Origin: an uncultured Dehalococcoidia bacterium
Lineage (GTDB): Bacteria; Chloroflexota; Dehalococcoidia; Lucifugimonadales; UBA3495
Assembly (NCBI GenBank): GCA_958296385.1
Contig: OY282494.1
Span: 1,709,537 to 1,773,536 of the forward strand
Length of the DNA stretch: 64,000 nucleotides
Direction: 5' to 3'
Both the position numbers and the translations under genes were made by a program. Positions 9,251 through 19,273 of this stretch are shown piece after piece; position 1 is the stretch's first letter; every line of letters begins with the position of its first letter. The notes beneath the pieces were generated by a model. The model had not been told where the DNA came from, did not search any database, and saw nothing but the letters and a program-made list of their open reading frames with translations.

Positions 9251-10066
9251 TTACAGCCGCACTTGCTGCGCCAGGGTTTGGTAGGTTACCGGCGAGGTTG
9301 CCACCAGGCCGGCGTCCACCGGCAGGATTACGCCGTTAATCCAGCGGGCCTCCTCGCTGGCCAGAAACAGGGCGGCGTTGCCGATGTCCCAGGCGGTGCC
9401 CTCGGTGCGCATCGGGGCGGCGCCGCTGCGGATTTGACGCAGGTCGTCGTCCATCCGGGGCGCTACCATCGGCGTGTACACCAGGCCGGGCGCGATGCAG
9501 TTGGTGCGGATGCCGTCCGGGCCGTGGTCGGCGGCCATTGAGATGGTGAGGCCAATCACCGCCGCTTTGGACGCCGTGTAGGGCGTGCTGCTGTGGGCGC
9601 GCAGGCCGGCGATGGACGAGATGTTGATGATGGAGCCGCCGCCGGTTTCAATCATCGACGGGATGGCGTACTTGCTGGCCAGCACGATGGTTTTGACGTT
9701 CACCGCCATAATGTGGTCCCAGTCCGCCTCCGAAACCTCAACCACCGTGCCCCGCCGGGAGATGCCCACGTTGTTGTCCAGAATGTCCAGCCGGCCGTAG
9801 CGTTCCAGGCACGCGTCCACCATCCGCCGGCAGTCGTCGGCGGCCGTTACGTCGGCCTGAAAAGTGGACGCAGCGCCGCCCTCGTCGGCAATCATCCGCC
9901 GGGTTTCCTCGGCCCGGTCGGCCGCCATATCCACCAGCAGCACCCGCGCGCCCTCGCGGGCAAACAGCGTCGCCGTCGCCCGCCCGTTGCCAACTCCCGG
10001 CCCGCTGGAACCGGCCCCGGTTACGATGGCGACTTTACCCTCTAATCTCCCACTGCGTTCCGGCAC
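9251..10066 (-). CDS. Short-chain dehydrogenase/reductase (SDR)
   Basis: GKVAIVTGAGSSGPGVG (TGxxxGxG), NNVG and YTASKAAV (YxxxK). GTG 10066 sits behind GGAGAG; ATG 10108 is an alternative start. The rest of the 474-aa track ORF is spurious. Confidence 0.85.
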   Translation of the reverse strand: MPERSGRLEGKVAIVTGAGSSGPGVGNGRATATLFAREGARVLLVDMAADRAEETRRMIADEGGAASTFQADVTAADDCRRMVDACLERYGRLDILDNNVGISRRGTVVEVSEADWDHIMAVNVKTIVLASKYAIPSMIETGGGSIINISSIAGLRAHSSTPYTASKAAVIGLTISMAADHGPDGIRTNCIAPGLVYTPMVAPRMDDDLRQIRSGAAPMRTEGTAWDIGNAALFLASEEARWINGVILPVDAGLVATSPVTYQTLAQQVRL

Positions 10067-10128
10067 GTTTAACTCTCCGTTCGTTGTATTGCGTTGGCCC
10101 GCTGGCATTTGCCAGATAACCCGCCCCG

Positions 10129-11679
10129 TTATTCTGAGATGGGGCGGGAGATAATCCACAGGCTGGCGCAAGTGTAGCACACCATCAGCGCCAGCATGGG
10201 CAGCTGGCTGAGCAGCGCCGCCCGCCGCCCGTCGTACATCCGCACCGCCTGCACGTGGGCCAGATACACCGCCGCGATGTGTCCAATCACGATGGCCGTT
10301 ATCGAGAAATACCAGATGAACACCGGCGATAAAATCCCGATGTTGATGATTGCGCCGGCCGTGCCGAACAAGTCCCAGCCCCATCCGAAAGGGTCGGAGG
10401 CCAGCACGATGAAACGCTGGCCGTTGACCAGCAGGAACCCCAGAAAGTGGGCGTAGTGGTAGCCCAGCGCGATGGGCAGCAGCGAAAAGGCGAACACCCG
10501 CACCAGCCCGGCGGCGTCCGGCTGCTGGCGGCCCGACAGCGCGGCCATCGCCGCCCCGGTTGCGGCGTAGAGCAGCCCGAACACCACCGGCAGCCCCAGC
10601 GCGCCAATCAGGTTGGCGATGTAATCGCCCCATTGCGGCGTCAACCGCACAAACCCGGTGCTGAACGACAACCACTCCGGCGTGGCCGACAGCCCGTCAA
10701 ACGTCACCGTGGACAGCAGCAGTATCACCGGGCAAACCTGAATCAGCGTGGCCGCGCCGACGCGGTTCAGCCCCACCACGGGCGGCCGCAGGTTGAACTC
10801 CCGTTGTGCCGGCGGCGCCAGCGCGTAGCACTCCCAGCAGTCAACGCAGTCGGCGTCAGCGTCATCGCCCCGGCAGTCAGTGCCGGCGCTGCACCCCCAC
10901 CGGCGGCACGCCGCCGCCGGCACCCGCAGCTCGGTGATGGAAAAGCGGGCCATCAGGCCGAATATCAGCGTGAACCCCTCGGCGTTGCGCAGCCAGATTT
11001 CCCGCCCGAACAGATACATCCCGCCAAAGTTGTACACGGTATAGCCAATCAGTATCCAGCCCAGCGCCCGGGGCCCGGCCGCATCAGCGGCCACCGTTTC
11101 CAGAATGACGAAACCGAGGAACGCCAGTATCGCCGGCCAGATGCTCAATCGCGCCGGGTATTCCAGCGCGCCGCCCACCGGCCGGCCGGCCGCCGATTCC
11201 AGAAACCCCCAGGCCGCTTTCCACGGATTCACCAGCGTCCACAGGTTGCCCAGCAGGGCGATGGCAAAGCTCAATGCCACCCAGAACGCCACGTACACCG
11301 CCGCCGGCGCCGGGTTCAGCGCCGCCCGCTCCGACCCAATCAGCGCCCCCAGAATTACGTACACCGTCAGCACAACGGAGCTGGTGCGTATCAGATTGAG
11401 GCACCACCCGCCGGCCAGCCCGCGGAACGGCGCCAGTCGCAGCAGGTTGTAGCGGGGATACGTCCGATGCGCCGCGCCGCCCCGCAGGAACACCGCCGCC
11501 ACCACGAACGACAGCGCCACCGACAACGCCCCGGCCAGCACGAAAAACCGCAGCGGCAGCGGCAAATCGTAACGCTCGCCGAACCCGTGAGCCAGCGCCG
11601 GCGGCGCCAGCGCCAGCGCCAAAAGCACTGCCAGGACAACCGCCCCGGCCCGGAATGGCAGCTTGGGCCAGGGCATCAT
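10129..11679 (-). CDS. Polytopic membrane protein with a Cys-rich loop
   Basis: More than 10 hydrophobic helices. The N-terminus reads ...ALAHGFGERYDLPLPL. A loop reads CRRWGCSAGTDCRGDDADADCVDCWECY. Its ATG overlaps the stop of the upstream gene (ATGA). Confidence 0.55.
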   Translation of the reverse strand: MMPWPKLPFRAGAVVLAVLLALALAPPALAHGFGERYDLPLPLRFFVLAGALSVALSFVVAAVFLRGGAAHRTYPRYNLLRLAPFRGLAGGWCLNLIRTSSVVLTVYVILGALIGSERAALNPAPAAVYVAFWVALSFAIALLGNLWTLVNPWKAAWGFLESAAGRPVGGALEYPARLSIWPAILAFLGFVILETVAADAAGPRALGWILIGYTVYNFGGMYLFGREIWLRNAEGFTLIFGLMARFSITELRVPAAACRRWGCSAGTDCRGDDADADCVDCWECYALAPPAQREFNLRPPVVGLNRVGAATLIQVCPVILLLSTVTFDGLSATPEWLSFSTGFVRLTPQWGDYIANLIGALGLPVVFGLLYAATGAAMAALSGRQQPDAAGLVRVFAFSLLPIALGYHYAHFLGFLLVNGQRFIVLASDPFGWGWDLFGTAGAIINIGILSPVFIWYFSITAIVIGHIAAVYLAHVQAVRMYDGRRAALLSQLPMLALMVCYTCASLWIISRPISE

Positions 11680-12251
11680 TGGGCCGCCGGCCGCCGGCTC
11701 AGCTTGAGCCAGGTCCAGATGCCGACCAGTACGATGACGACCAGCACGGCGGACACCCAGACCCACTGGATGTTTGCGCCCGGCTCGCCCACCTCAACCG
11801 GAATCAGAAACACTTCGGAACCCCGGCCCGAATCAACGGACACGGACACCTCCCAAGTTCCCACCGTGTCAAAGGGCACGTCCACCTCAAAGTAGGCCAG
11901 CGAAACATCGTTCAGAACCTGCTGCGGCCCGAACCCCGGAGAACCCGGCGGGCCGGCCGCCGCTACGAACAGCCCCACGTCGGTATCGCGCAGCAGCCGC
12001 TCGTCCGCAGCGTCAAATACCTGCATTGAAAGGTGCGTTTGCGGTATAACGGGGCGGGACGGAATGATGCCAACCACCAGCCGGTAGCGCCCCTGCGTCT
12101 CCTGATACAGTATCGTTGACGCCCCGTTAGCCTCCGCCGGCGCAGATGCCGCCATCCAGAACGACGCCAGCAACACCGCCAGCGACACCGACGCCGCAAA
12201 CGCCAGCGCCGCCGCTGCAATCGGCAACCAACGGTTTATTGTGCGGGACAT
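11676..12251 (-). CDS. Membrane-anchored protein with a FixH/YtkA-like Ig-fold domain (tentative)
   Basis: N-terminal anchor, a beta-rich middle region (YRLVVGIIPSRPVIPQTHLSMQVFD...WEVSVSVDS) and a C-terminal TM helix. It is translationally coupled to 10129..11679. Confidence 0.5.
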   Translation of the reverse strand: MSRTINRWLPIAAAALAFAASVSLAVLLASFWMAASAPAEANGASTILYQETQGRYRLVVGIIPSRPVIPQTHLSMQVFDAADERLLRDTDVGLFVAAAGPPGSPGFGPQQVLNDVSLAYFEVDVPFDTVGTWEVSVSVDSGRGSEVFLIPVEVGEPGANIQWVWVSAVLVVIVLVGIWTWLKLSRRPAAQ

Positions 12252-12457
12252 TAAGTAAGATAGTAGGGAACGGCAAGCGGGTGTGCGGAATGGGGCGCGT
12301 AAATGGTAGCATAAGGCCGCAAAACGGGGCAACGAACCGCAACGGCATACGCTTGACGCTGATACCGGCCCCCGATTAAACTTTATAACCGCACCCGGCG
12401 CCCCGGAGCGCCTTTCGGAGTATTACCATCGTTATTCAACAGTCCAGCGACAATTCC

Positions 12458-14098
12458 ATGCTCAGCGATGACGTTGCGCTATTCATTGACTGGGAGAACT
12501 TCAAGATTAGCCTGGCCGCCCGTGGCCGGCAGCCCAACGTTTCCGCCCTTAAAGAGGAAGTTGCCAACCATGGCCGCGTGGTCGTAAGCAAGGCTTACGC
12601 CGATTGGGTCTCCCGCGCGCCCGAGCTCAAGGGCGCCAGCCAGTTCGTCCTTGACCCTCCCTCGCTGTACGCCGCCGGCATTGAGCCGGTGTACGTGCCG
12701 ACGCGCCTGCCTCCCGGCGGTTCTTTCCAACCGGGCCGCACCATGCGCATCAAAAACAGCGTTGACGTCAAGATGACCGCCGACTGCATCGACACGGCGC
12801 ACAGTTTCCCCAACATCAAAACCTTCGTCCTCGTTTCCGGCGATTCCGACTTCATCCACGTCATCAACTCCCTGCGCGCGGTGGGCAAGCGCGTGCTGGT
12901 GGTCGGCGTGTCCTGGGCCACTTCCCGCCGGATGGCCGACCACGTGGACGGCCTCATCTTTTACGACTCCGACGTTGACCCCATCAACCAGCCGGAGCCC
13001 AACTACCGCAACCGTTTCGCCCCGCCGCCGGCGCAGCTGGCCAATCCGGGCCGCCATCAGCTGCCCGAAGTAATCCGGGCCATCGAGGACGTCATCCGCG
13101 CCGAGCGGGCCGCCGGCCATACCCTGCTGCTCACCTCGCTAAAGCAGCGCCTCGTGCGCCGCATCTCCGGCTTTGACGAGCGCAAGCTGGGCTATTCGGG
13201 CTTCAAGAAGCTGATGCTCCGCGTGGCCGAGGAAGGCAACATCAAAATCCGCAGCGTTGACCTGGTGGACTGGATTCTGATGGCCGACGAACCCGACCCG
13301 CAGCCCGAAATCCACGACGACGACGACGAAACCAACGACCTGCCGGACGCCGCTACCGCCGCCGCCATCGCCAATTTCAACGAACGCGCCGTCGCCAATG
13401 CCACCAATTTCCGCGGCCGCTATCGCCCGCCCGCCGCCCCCGCCCCTGATACGGACGAACCCACCGTCGCGGACACCCCCCCCATCGCCGACGAACCGGA
13501 CGCCGCGCCGCCGCGCCCGCCGGCCGAGCCATCCCGCGTGGTCGCCCGAACCGACACTGCCCTTACCGCCGCCTTTGACGCCCTGGGCCTGCCCGAATCC
13601 GATTCCGGCGCCGGCGCCCTGGACCGGGTTGCCGACCTTATCGTGATGGGCTACACGCTGGAGCAGCGCGACGGCGTTGACTCGGTGATGTTCAACGCCC
13701 TCTGCCAGGAAGTCAGCCAGGCCCTGACCGCCGGCATCGAGGCCGATGACCCCACCGTCGTTGCCCATTGGGGCGCCGATAGCTCCCGCAATTTCGTAAC
13801 CCGTCTGGTGCGTACCCTGGCCGGCAACGGCGTCTTTGAGTACCGCAACGTCAGCGTGCTGGACGCGGAGACCAACCGCCGCCGCCGCCGCCGGGTGTTC
13901 GGCCTCAACCACGCGCACCCCCTCACCGGCGCTGCCTTGTCGGCCCGGCTGGGCCCCGGCTACGCCGCCCCGTCGTCCGGCGAGTTCACCCCGGTCAACG
14001 ACGCCATCGCCGCGCCGCCGCTGGATAACCACGGCTCCGCCGAAGCCGACAGCGCCGAGTCAGCCGACGACGTCGCCGCCGCCGCTTTGACCATCTAG
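12458..14098 (+). CDS. NYN (LabA/DUF88-like) RNase domain + OST-HTH/LOTUS domain protein with a Pro/Ala-rich linker
   Basis: VALFIDWENF...NSVDVKMTADCID...FVLVSGDSDFIHVINSLRAVGKRVLVVG gives the NYN domain. LPEVIRAIEDVI...LLTSLKQRL...GYSGFKKLMLRVAEEGNI gives the OST-HTH domain. Confidence 0.8.
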   Translation: MLSDDVALFIDWENFKISLAARGRQPNVSALKEEVANHGRVVVSKAYADWVSRAPELKGASQFVLDPPSLYAAGIEPVYVPTRLPPGGSFQPGRTMRIKNSVDVKMTADCIDTAHSFPNIKTFVLVSGDSDFIHVINSLRAVGKRVLVVGVSWATSRRMADHVDGLIFYDSDVDPINQPEPNYRNRFAPPPAQLANPGRHQLPEVIRAIEDVIRAERAAGHTLLLTSLKQRLVRRISGFDERKLGYSGFKKLMLRVAEEGNIKIRSVDLVDWILMADEPDPQPEIHDDDDETNDLPDAATAAAIANFNERAVANATNFRGRYRPPAAPAPDTDEPTVADTPPIADEPDAAPPRPPAEPSRVVARTDTALTAAFDALGLPESDSGAGALDRVADLIVMGYTLEQRDGVDSVMFNALCQEVSQALTAGIEADDPTVVAHWGADSSRNFVTRLVRTLAGNGVFEYRNVSVLDAETNRRRRRRVFGLNHAHPLTGAALSARLGPGYAAPSSGEFTPVNDAIAAPPLDNHGSAEADSAESADDVAAAALTI

Positions 14099-14124
14099 CC
14101 GGCTAATCACTGACTGGCCCGGCC

Positions 14125-16374
14125 TCAGCGCTGGGCCAGCGCGTCATCCAGCCCGCCGTACCACGCCTGGGCCAAAGCCTCCAGCGGAACGTCCAGCAGG
14201 CCGCCCATCCGCAGCGCCGGCCCGCCGGTTTGGCCCAGCATCAGGATGGGCACGCCGGCCTCTCGTGCGGCGCCGGCCAGCGCGTCGCATCGCCCCGGTT
14301 CCACTGCTACGACAATCCGCGAGCAAGCCTCGCCAAACAACGCCACATCCCACCGGCGGGGCAGGACATCCAGCAATTCCGGCGCCGCCGTGAACCCCAC
14401 CGGCGGCCCGTGCTCAATCCGGCTGGCCCCGATGAGGGCGCTCTCGGCCAATGCCACCGCCAACCCGCCGTCGGAACAATCGTGCGCGGACCGGGCCATC
14501 CCGTCGGCAATCAGACGCCGGCACAAGGCTTGCACCCGCCGCTCCAGCGCCAGGTCAATGCGGGGCCGCCCCCGCGTCTGGCCGTGCAGGGCGTTCAGAT
14601 ACTCGCTGCCCGCCAAGTCTGACGCCTGCGCCGTCAACCTGTCGGTTCCCAGCAGAAACACCGCCAGCCCGTCGTCCGGGAACCCGGCCCGGCAATGCTG
14701 CCCGGCATCGTCCAGCAGTCCCAATCCGCCCACGATTGGCGTTGGGTAGATGGCCGTCCCCGCGCTCTCGTTGTACAAACTGACGTTGCCGCTGACGACG
14801 GGCACGCCCAGCGCCCGGCACGCCCGCGCCATCCCCCGGATGCACTGTTCCAGCTGGTAATACACTTCGGGCCGCTCCGGATTGCCAAAGTTCAGGCAGT
14901 CGGTCAGCGCCAGCGGCTCGGCGCCCACGCAGGACAAATTGCGCGTCACCTCGGCAACCGCCATCTGCCCGCCCCGGTAGGGGTCAAGATAGGATTGCCG
15001 GCCGTTGCCGTCAATTGCTACGGCGATGGCCCGGCCGGTTCCTTTAATACGCAGCACGGCGGCATCGCCCGCCCCCGGCGCCACTACGGTGTTGGTCTGC
15101 ACTTGATGGTCGTACTGGCGATACACCCCGCGCCGGCTGGCGATGTTAGGCGAACTCAGCAGACGCAGCAGTGTTGCGCCGGCGTCCGCCGGCATTGGCA
15201 CGTCCCGCAGCCGCAGTCGCTGCCGTTCCAAGTCGGCCGCCGTCGGCGCACCCGTCAGACGATAGCGGGGCGCGTCGGACAGCTGCGTCACCGGCACGTT
15301 GGCCAGCAGTTCATCCGCATCCGCAACCCGCACCGTTGCGTCGTCGGTTACCGTCCCGACCACATCCCGGTCAACGTCCCACTTGTCAAAGACGGCGTTC
15401 AGCGCTGGCACGTGCTGCGGTGCGGCGGCCAGCAGCATCCGCTCCTGCGATTCGGACAGCATCACTTCGTAGCCCGTCATGCCCGACTCCCGCCGGCGCA
15501 CCCGGCTGACGTCCAGCGCAACGCCCCGTCCGCCGCGGGCCGCCGACTCCACGGCGGCGCTGGTAATGCCGGCGGCGCCCAGGTCTTGCAGCGCGTGCAC
15601 CTTGCCCGTGCCTAACGCCTCCAGGCACGCCTCAATCAGCACCTTTTCCAGAAACGGATTGCCCACCTGCACCGTAGGCCGCAGTTCCTGCTCCCCCTCA
15701 AACGTCCGCGACGCCAGCCCCGATGCGCCGTGGATGCCATCCCGTCCGGTGCCGGCGCCCACCAGCAGCAGCACGTCCCCGGCCCGGTCGGCGGCGGCGC
15801 TGGCCAAATCCTCAATGCGCGCGATGCCGACGCACATGGCGTTGACCAGCGGGTTTTGGGAGTAAGCGGGGTCAAAGTAGATTTCGCCGGCCACGTCGGG
15901 AACGCCGATGCAGTTGCCGTACCAGCCGATGCCGTCCACCACGCCCCGCAGCAGCCGCCGGTTGGCCGCATCCTCCGGCGGGCCAAAGCGCAGCGAGTTC
16001 AGCAGAGCGATCGGCCGCGCGCCCATCGCCAGAATATCCCGCACGATGCCGCCCACGCCGGTGGCCGCCCCCTGCAACGGCTCCACCGCCGACGGATGGT
16101 TGTGCGACTCCACCTTGAACACCACCGCCAGCCCGTCGCCGATGTCAATGGCCCCGGCGTTCTCCGCTCCGGCCTGCGACAGCGTGCGACTCGAGCGGCT
16201 GGGCAGCAATCCCAACAGCGGCCGGGAATGTTTGTACCCGCAATGCTCACTCCACAGCGCGCCAAACATCCCCAGCTCAACGGCGTTAGGCTCCCGGTCC
16301 AGCCGGTCAACGATCATCTCGTACTCGGCTGGCGAGAGCGCTATCTCGTCAAGAATTTCCCGGCTCACCGGCAT
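14125..16374 (-). CDS. purL: Phosphoribosylformylglycinamidine synthase subunit PurL
   Basis: MPVSREILDEIALSPAEYEMIVDRL...FGALWSEHCGYKHS...ESHNHPSAVEP. GGGAGG RBS lies before ATG 16374. Confidence 0.92.
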   Translation of the reverse strand: MPVSREILDEIALSPAEYEMIVDRLDREPNAVELGMFGALWSEHCGYKHSRPLLGLLPSRSSRTLSQAGAENAGAIDIGDGLAVVFKVESHNHPSAVEPLQGAATGVGGIVRDILAMGARPIALLNSLRFGPPEDAANRRLLRGVVDGIGWYGNCIGVPDVAGEIYFDPAYSQNPLVNAMCVGIARIEDLASAAADRAGDVLLLVGAGTGRDGIHGASGLASRTFEGEQELRPTVQVGNPFLEKVLIEACLEALGTGKVHALQDLGAAGITSAAVESAARGGRGVALDVSRVRRRESGMTGYEVMLSESQERMLLAAAPQHVPALNAVFDKWDVDRDVVGTVTDDATVRVADADELLANVPVTQLSDAPRYRLTGAPTAADLERQRLRLRDVPMPADAGATLLRLLSSPNIASRRGVYRQYDHQVQTNTVVAPGAGDAAVLRIKGTGRAIAVAIDGNGRQSYLDPYRGGQMAVAEVTRNLSCVGAEPLALTDCLNFGNPERPEVYYQLEQCIRGMARACRALGVPVVSGNVSLYNESAGTAIYPTPIVGGLGLLDDAGQHCRAGFPDDGLAVFLLGTDRLTAQASDLAGSEYLNALHGQTRGRPRIDLALERRVQALCRRLIADGMARSAHDCSDGGLAVALAESALIGASRIEHGPPVGFTAAPELLDVLPRRWDVALFGEACSRIVVAVEPGRCDALAGAAREAGVPILMLGQTGGPALRMGGLLDVPLEALAQAWYGGLDDALAQR

Positions 16375-16411
16375 ACCCGCCTCCCGCTTTATCATACTGA
16401 GCCCCGCTACT

Positions 16412-16511
16412 GTCATTCTGAGCGCAGCGAAGAATCTCGGTAGCGTAGCAGCGGTGTTGCCCCCAAAGTGGCCCCTACGCCATCGAGATTATCCGCGACG
16501 CTCAGAATGAC
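16412..16511. repeat. About 100-bp palindromic REP/MITE-like element (arms GTCATTCTGAGCGCAGCGAAGAATCTCGG / CGAGATTATCCGCGACGCTCAGAATGAC)
   Basis: The inverted arms are at 16412-16440 and 16484-16511. Related copies occur at 23805, 39372 and 40111. Confidence 0.75.
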
Positions 16512-16527
16512 ATTGGGCCGGCCCGGT

Positions 16528-17562
16528 TCAGTGTTCCATTACTAGCTTGCCAAAGAACTCCCGGTCGTGCATCACCTGATGCGCCTCGGCCAGCGCCTCC
16601 AGCGGGAACCGGCGCCCCACGATGCCCCGCAGCGCGCCCTGGTTGACCATCTTCATCACGTCGGCCATCGTGCGGCGACTGCGCCCGCCGCTGCCCATCA
16701 GATGCAGCGGCTTGCCGTGCAAAATCGACAAGTCCATCGGCGTAGCGCTGCCCGACGTAACCCCGGTAATGACCAGCCGGCCTTCGTGCTTGAGCGAGAG
16801 CATATTCTCGTGCCACACGTCGGCGCCCACGCAGTCAAACACCACGTCCACGCCCTGCCCGCCGGTCAGCTCCCGCACCCGGTCGCTGATGCTGTCCACC
16901 TCCCGGTAGTTGATAACCTCGTCGGCGCCCAGCTTTCTGGCCTCGTCCAGCTTCCAGTCGCTGCCCGCGGTAGTAATCACCCGGCAGCCCATCATCTTGG
17001 CAATCTGGATGCCCATACTGCCCACGCCAGAACCGGCCGCCTGTACCAGCACGTCGTCCCACGGCTGCAACTTCGCCTGCGTAATCAGACAGTGCCAGGC
17101 GGTATGCGCGGCGATGGGCAAAGCCGCCCCCTCCGCAAACGACATATCGTCGGGGATGGGATAGGCGTTGATGGCCGGCGCCGTAACGTATTCGGCGTGT
17201 CCCCCATCCAGGTCAACCCCGATGCGCTGCTGCCGCGCACACCACTGGTCGTTGCCGGCGGCACAATGCGCGCAAAGATTATGCCCCTCGCACTTGACCC
17301 GGTTATCCAGCAAAACCCGGTCGCCAACCCGCAACGCCGACCCGGTATCCGGACTAACCTGCACCACCTCACCGGCAATATCGCACCCCAGAATGTGCGG
17401 AAAGCGCCGGCAATTCCCCGCCCGCAGATTCAAGTCCAGATGATTCAGCGCGCTGGCGTGCACCCGCAGCAAAACCTCCCCCGGCCCAATCTCCGGCTCC
17501 GGCCGGTCGCCAAAAGTAAGCACCCCCGTCCCCCCCGTCTCATTAATAAAAACAGCCTTCAC
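16528..17562 (-). CDS. Zinc-type/MDR alcohol dehydrogenase or quinone oxidoreductase
   Basis: GTG start behind GGAGGG. VKAVFINETGG...GEVLLRVHASALNHLDL..., a C..C..C cluster (CEGHNLCAHCAAGNDQWC) and a GSGVG Rossmann motif. Confidence 0.85.
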   Translation of the reverse strand: MKAVFINETGGTGVLTFGDRPEPEIGPGEVLLRVHASALNHLDLNLRAGNCRRFPHILGCDIAGEVVQVSPDTGSALRVGDRVLLDNRVKCEGHNLCAHCAAGNDQWCARQQRIGVDLDGGHAEYVTAPAINAYPIPDDMSFAEGAALPIAAHTAWHCLITQAKLQPWDDVLVQAAGSGVGSMGIQIAKMMGCRVITTAGSDWKLDEARKLGADEVINYREVDSISDRVRELTGGQGVDVVFDCVGADVWHENMLSLKHEGRLVITGVTSGSATPMDLSILHGKPLHLMGSGGRSRRTMADVMKMVNQGALRGIVGRRFPLEALAEAHQVMHDREFFGKLVMEH

Positions 17563-17703
17563 AGCAAACCCTCCAAAAACAATACCCCCAGTGTAAAGCC
17601 CCAACCCCAGCGTGGCAAACCGCCGCGCCGCCAGTCGGATGATACAATGAAAGGCGGTGCAGATGAGCTACGGATTGCGTTTGCGATTCACAAGGGGGCT
17701 GAA

Positions 17704-18201
17704 ATGCAATTGGGCGCATTGTTCAAAGATTTTCGTCTGGAAGTAATCCGGTTGGGCCCGGCATGGTTCAACGCCGAGATTAGCTTCAGCGAAAACGATA
17801 AGGACGCAGCCTGGGAACTGTACGTGGAGATGCTAACCCGGATTGTCACCCAACCGCTGCCATCCGAAGACGGAGATGAAAAGACGGCTCTGGACAGCGT
17901 CTATTCGTTATTCCCGACGACCCGCACGATTTTGCGCGAGCGTGGGCGTAACACCATTGAGTTCAGCAAAGTCGCCATACCTGTCCTGAACCAGGTAGTG
18001 CGCCCTTTCACCGCCAAATGGCACCGGAAAAGCGTAGCCGGCGCATTTAAGGACCCGGATGTATGCCGCCAATTTCGCGAGGAACTGGCAGTCTTGCAGG
18101 AAAAACTCCGCAACTACAACCGCCTGCTGGCCAAGATAGCCGGAGTCGAAGATTTGACCGACCTGGAACCGATGCCGGAGGATGACAATGCCTCAAACTA
18201 A
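17704..18201 (+). CDS. Unknown all-helical 165-aa protein; first gene of the TIR operon
   Basis: AAGGGGG RBS lies 5 nt before ATG 17704 (ATG 17647 is an alternative). DKDAAWELYVEMLTRIVTQPL...VRPFTAKWHRK. There is no TM segment and no motif I can place. Its 3' end overlaps the next gene by 14 nt. Confidence 0.6.
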   Translation: MQLGALFKDFRLEVIRLGPAWFNAEISFSENDKDAAWELYVEMLTRIVTQPLPSEDGDEKTALDSVYSLFPTTRTILRERGRNTIEFSKVAIPVLNQVVRPFTAKWHRKSVAGAFKDPDVCRQFREELAVLQEKLRNYNRLLAKIAGVEDLTDLEPMPEDDNASN

Positions 18202-18766
18202 AAGGCACAAGGTGTTCATCAGCTACTACCACGACGACGATCAAGAATGGCGAAACCGATTCATTCGGATGATGGACGACCGGATTGTGGACAAATCAGT
18301 TGACATTGGCGACATTGCTGATGCCGGCTCGCCTACACCGGACACCCTCCGCCAGATTAGAGAAGACCACCTTTCGGAAGCGACAGTAACGGTTGTGCTG
18401 ATTGGCCCCTGTACTTGGCAAAGAAAATACGTAGATTGGGAAATCGGAGCCACGCTGCGGGATACCGAAATGAACCACAGATGCGGCCTGCTGGGAATTT
18501 TGCTTCCCACACACCCCGACTTCAACCGGCAGTCCATCAAAATTCGCTTATTGCCGCCCAGGCTGGCTGACAATTTGGTCGGTGATGACCAATTTGCTTA
18601 TATTTACAAGTGGCCCGGCAAAGGGCATAGCGAAAGGGCAAACAACGTACAAGACTGGATTCACAAAGCTTTCCAAAGACGAAAGAGGCAACCAGACCCC
18701 GACAATGGCCGTCATCCTTTCGGGCGCAATTGGAATCACCCTTGCGATGCGGGTTGGCAAGACTAA
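18188..18766 (+). CDS. TIR-like protein of the ThsB/DUF1863 type
   Basis: KVFISYYHDDDQ...ATVTVVLIGPCTWQRKYVDWEIGATL. This is the same layout as Thoeris ThsB (FFSFHY...VLIG..T..R.WV.YEI). Confidence 0.8.
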   Translation: MPQTKRHKVFISYYHDDDQEWRNRFIRMMDDRIVDKSVDIGDIADAGSPTPDTLRQIREDHLSEATVTVVLIGPCTWQRKYVDWEIGATLRDTEMNHRCGLLGILLPTHPDFNRQSIKIRLLPPRLADNLVGDDQFAYIYKWPGKGHSERANNVQDWIHKAFQRRKRQPDPDNGRHPFGRNWNHPCDAGWQD

Positions 18767-18784
18767 CCGGGAGGTGTAAAATCT

Positions 18785-19261
18785 ATGGCATCTCAAATCA
18801 GGAACGTTTTTATCAGCCACAGGCATGAGGACGACGATGGCCTGAAAAACCTCAAAGTGCTGCTCGGACGACATGGTATGAGCTGCCGGGATTACTCGAT
18901 AACGGCGGATAATCCTAACAACGCTCATAACGAAGATTACATTAAGCGGGAAATACTGTCTCCGCGCATACGTCAAGCCGGTTGCCTTTTGGTGTACGTA
19001 TCCGAGAAAACCCGGCACAGCGAATGGGTGAACTGGGAAATTGAACACGCTCACCGCCTGGGCAAGCGGATTGTAGGAGTATGGGAGCGCGGCGACCGGG
19101 ACTGCGAATTGCCTTCAGCCCTTGAACGCCATGCCGATGCGGTAGTTGGATGGAACGGGGAGAGCATTATAGATGCTATCAACGGCACATCCGACACTTG
19201 GTACAACCAGAACGGAACGCCGAAAGCTTATCGTAACATTCCTCGCTACTCTTGCAGATGA
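18785..19261 (+). CDS. Second TIR-domain protein (ThsB-like paralogue)
   Basis: NVFISHRHEDDDGL...CLLVYVSEKTRHSEWVNWEIEHAHRLGKRIVGVW. Confidence 0.75.
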   Translation: MASQIRNVFISHRHEDDDGLKNLKVLLGRHGMSCRDYSITADNPNNAHNEDYIKREILSPRIRQAGCLLVYVSEKTRHSEWVNWEIEHAHRLGKRIVGVWERGDRDCELPSALERHADAVVGWNGESIIDAINGTSDTWYNQNGTPKAYRNIPRYSCR

Positions 19262-19273
19262 GGAGGCCAACAA

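Noticed and set aside
10067-10675. N-terminal 200 aa of the 474-aa ORF 9251..10675
   Set aside because: It overlaps the polytopic membrane gene in another frame. The SDR domain starts at the TGxxxGxG motif just after GTG 10066 / ATG 10108.
16567-17646. First ~360 aa of the 544-aa plus-strand ORF 16567..18201
   Set aside because: This part is antisense to the MDR dehydrogenase and compositionally junk. Only the last 165-184 aa, beginning where the GC drops and an RBS appears, look like a real gene.
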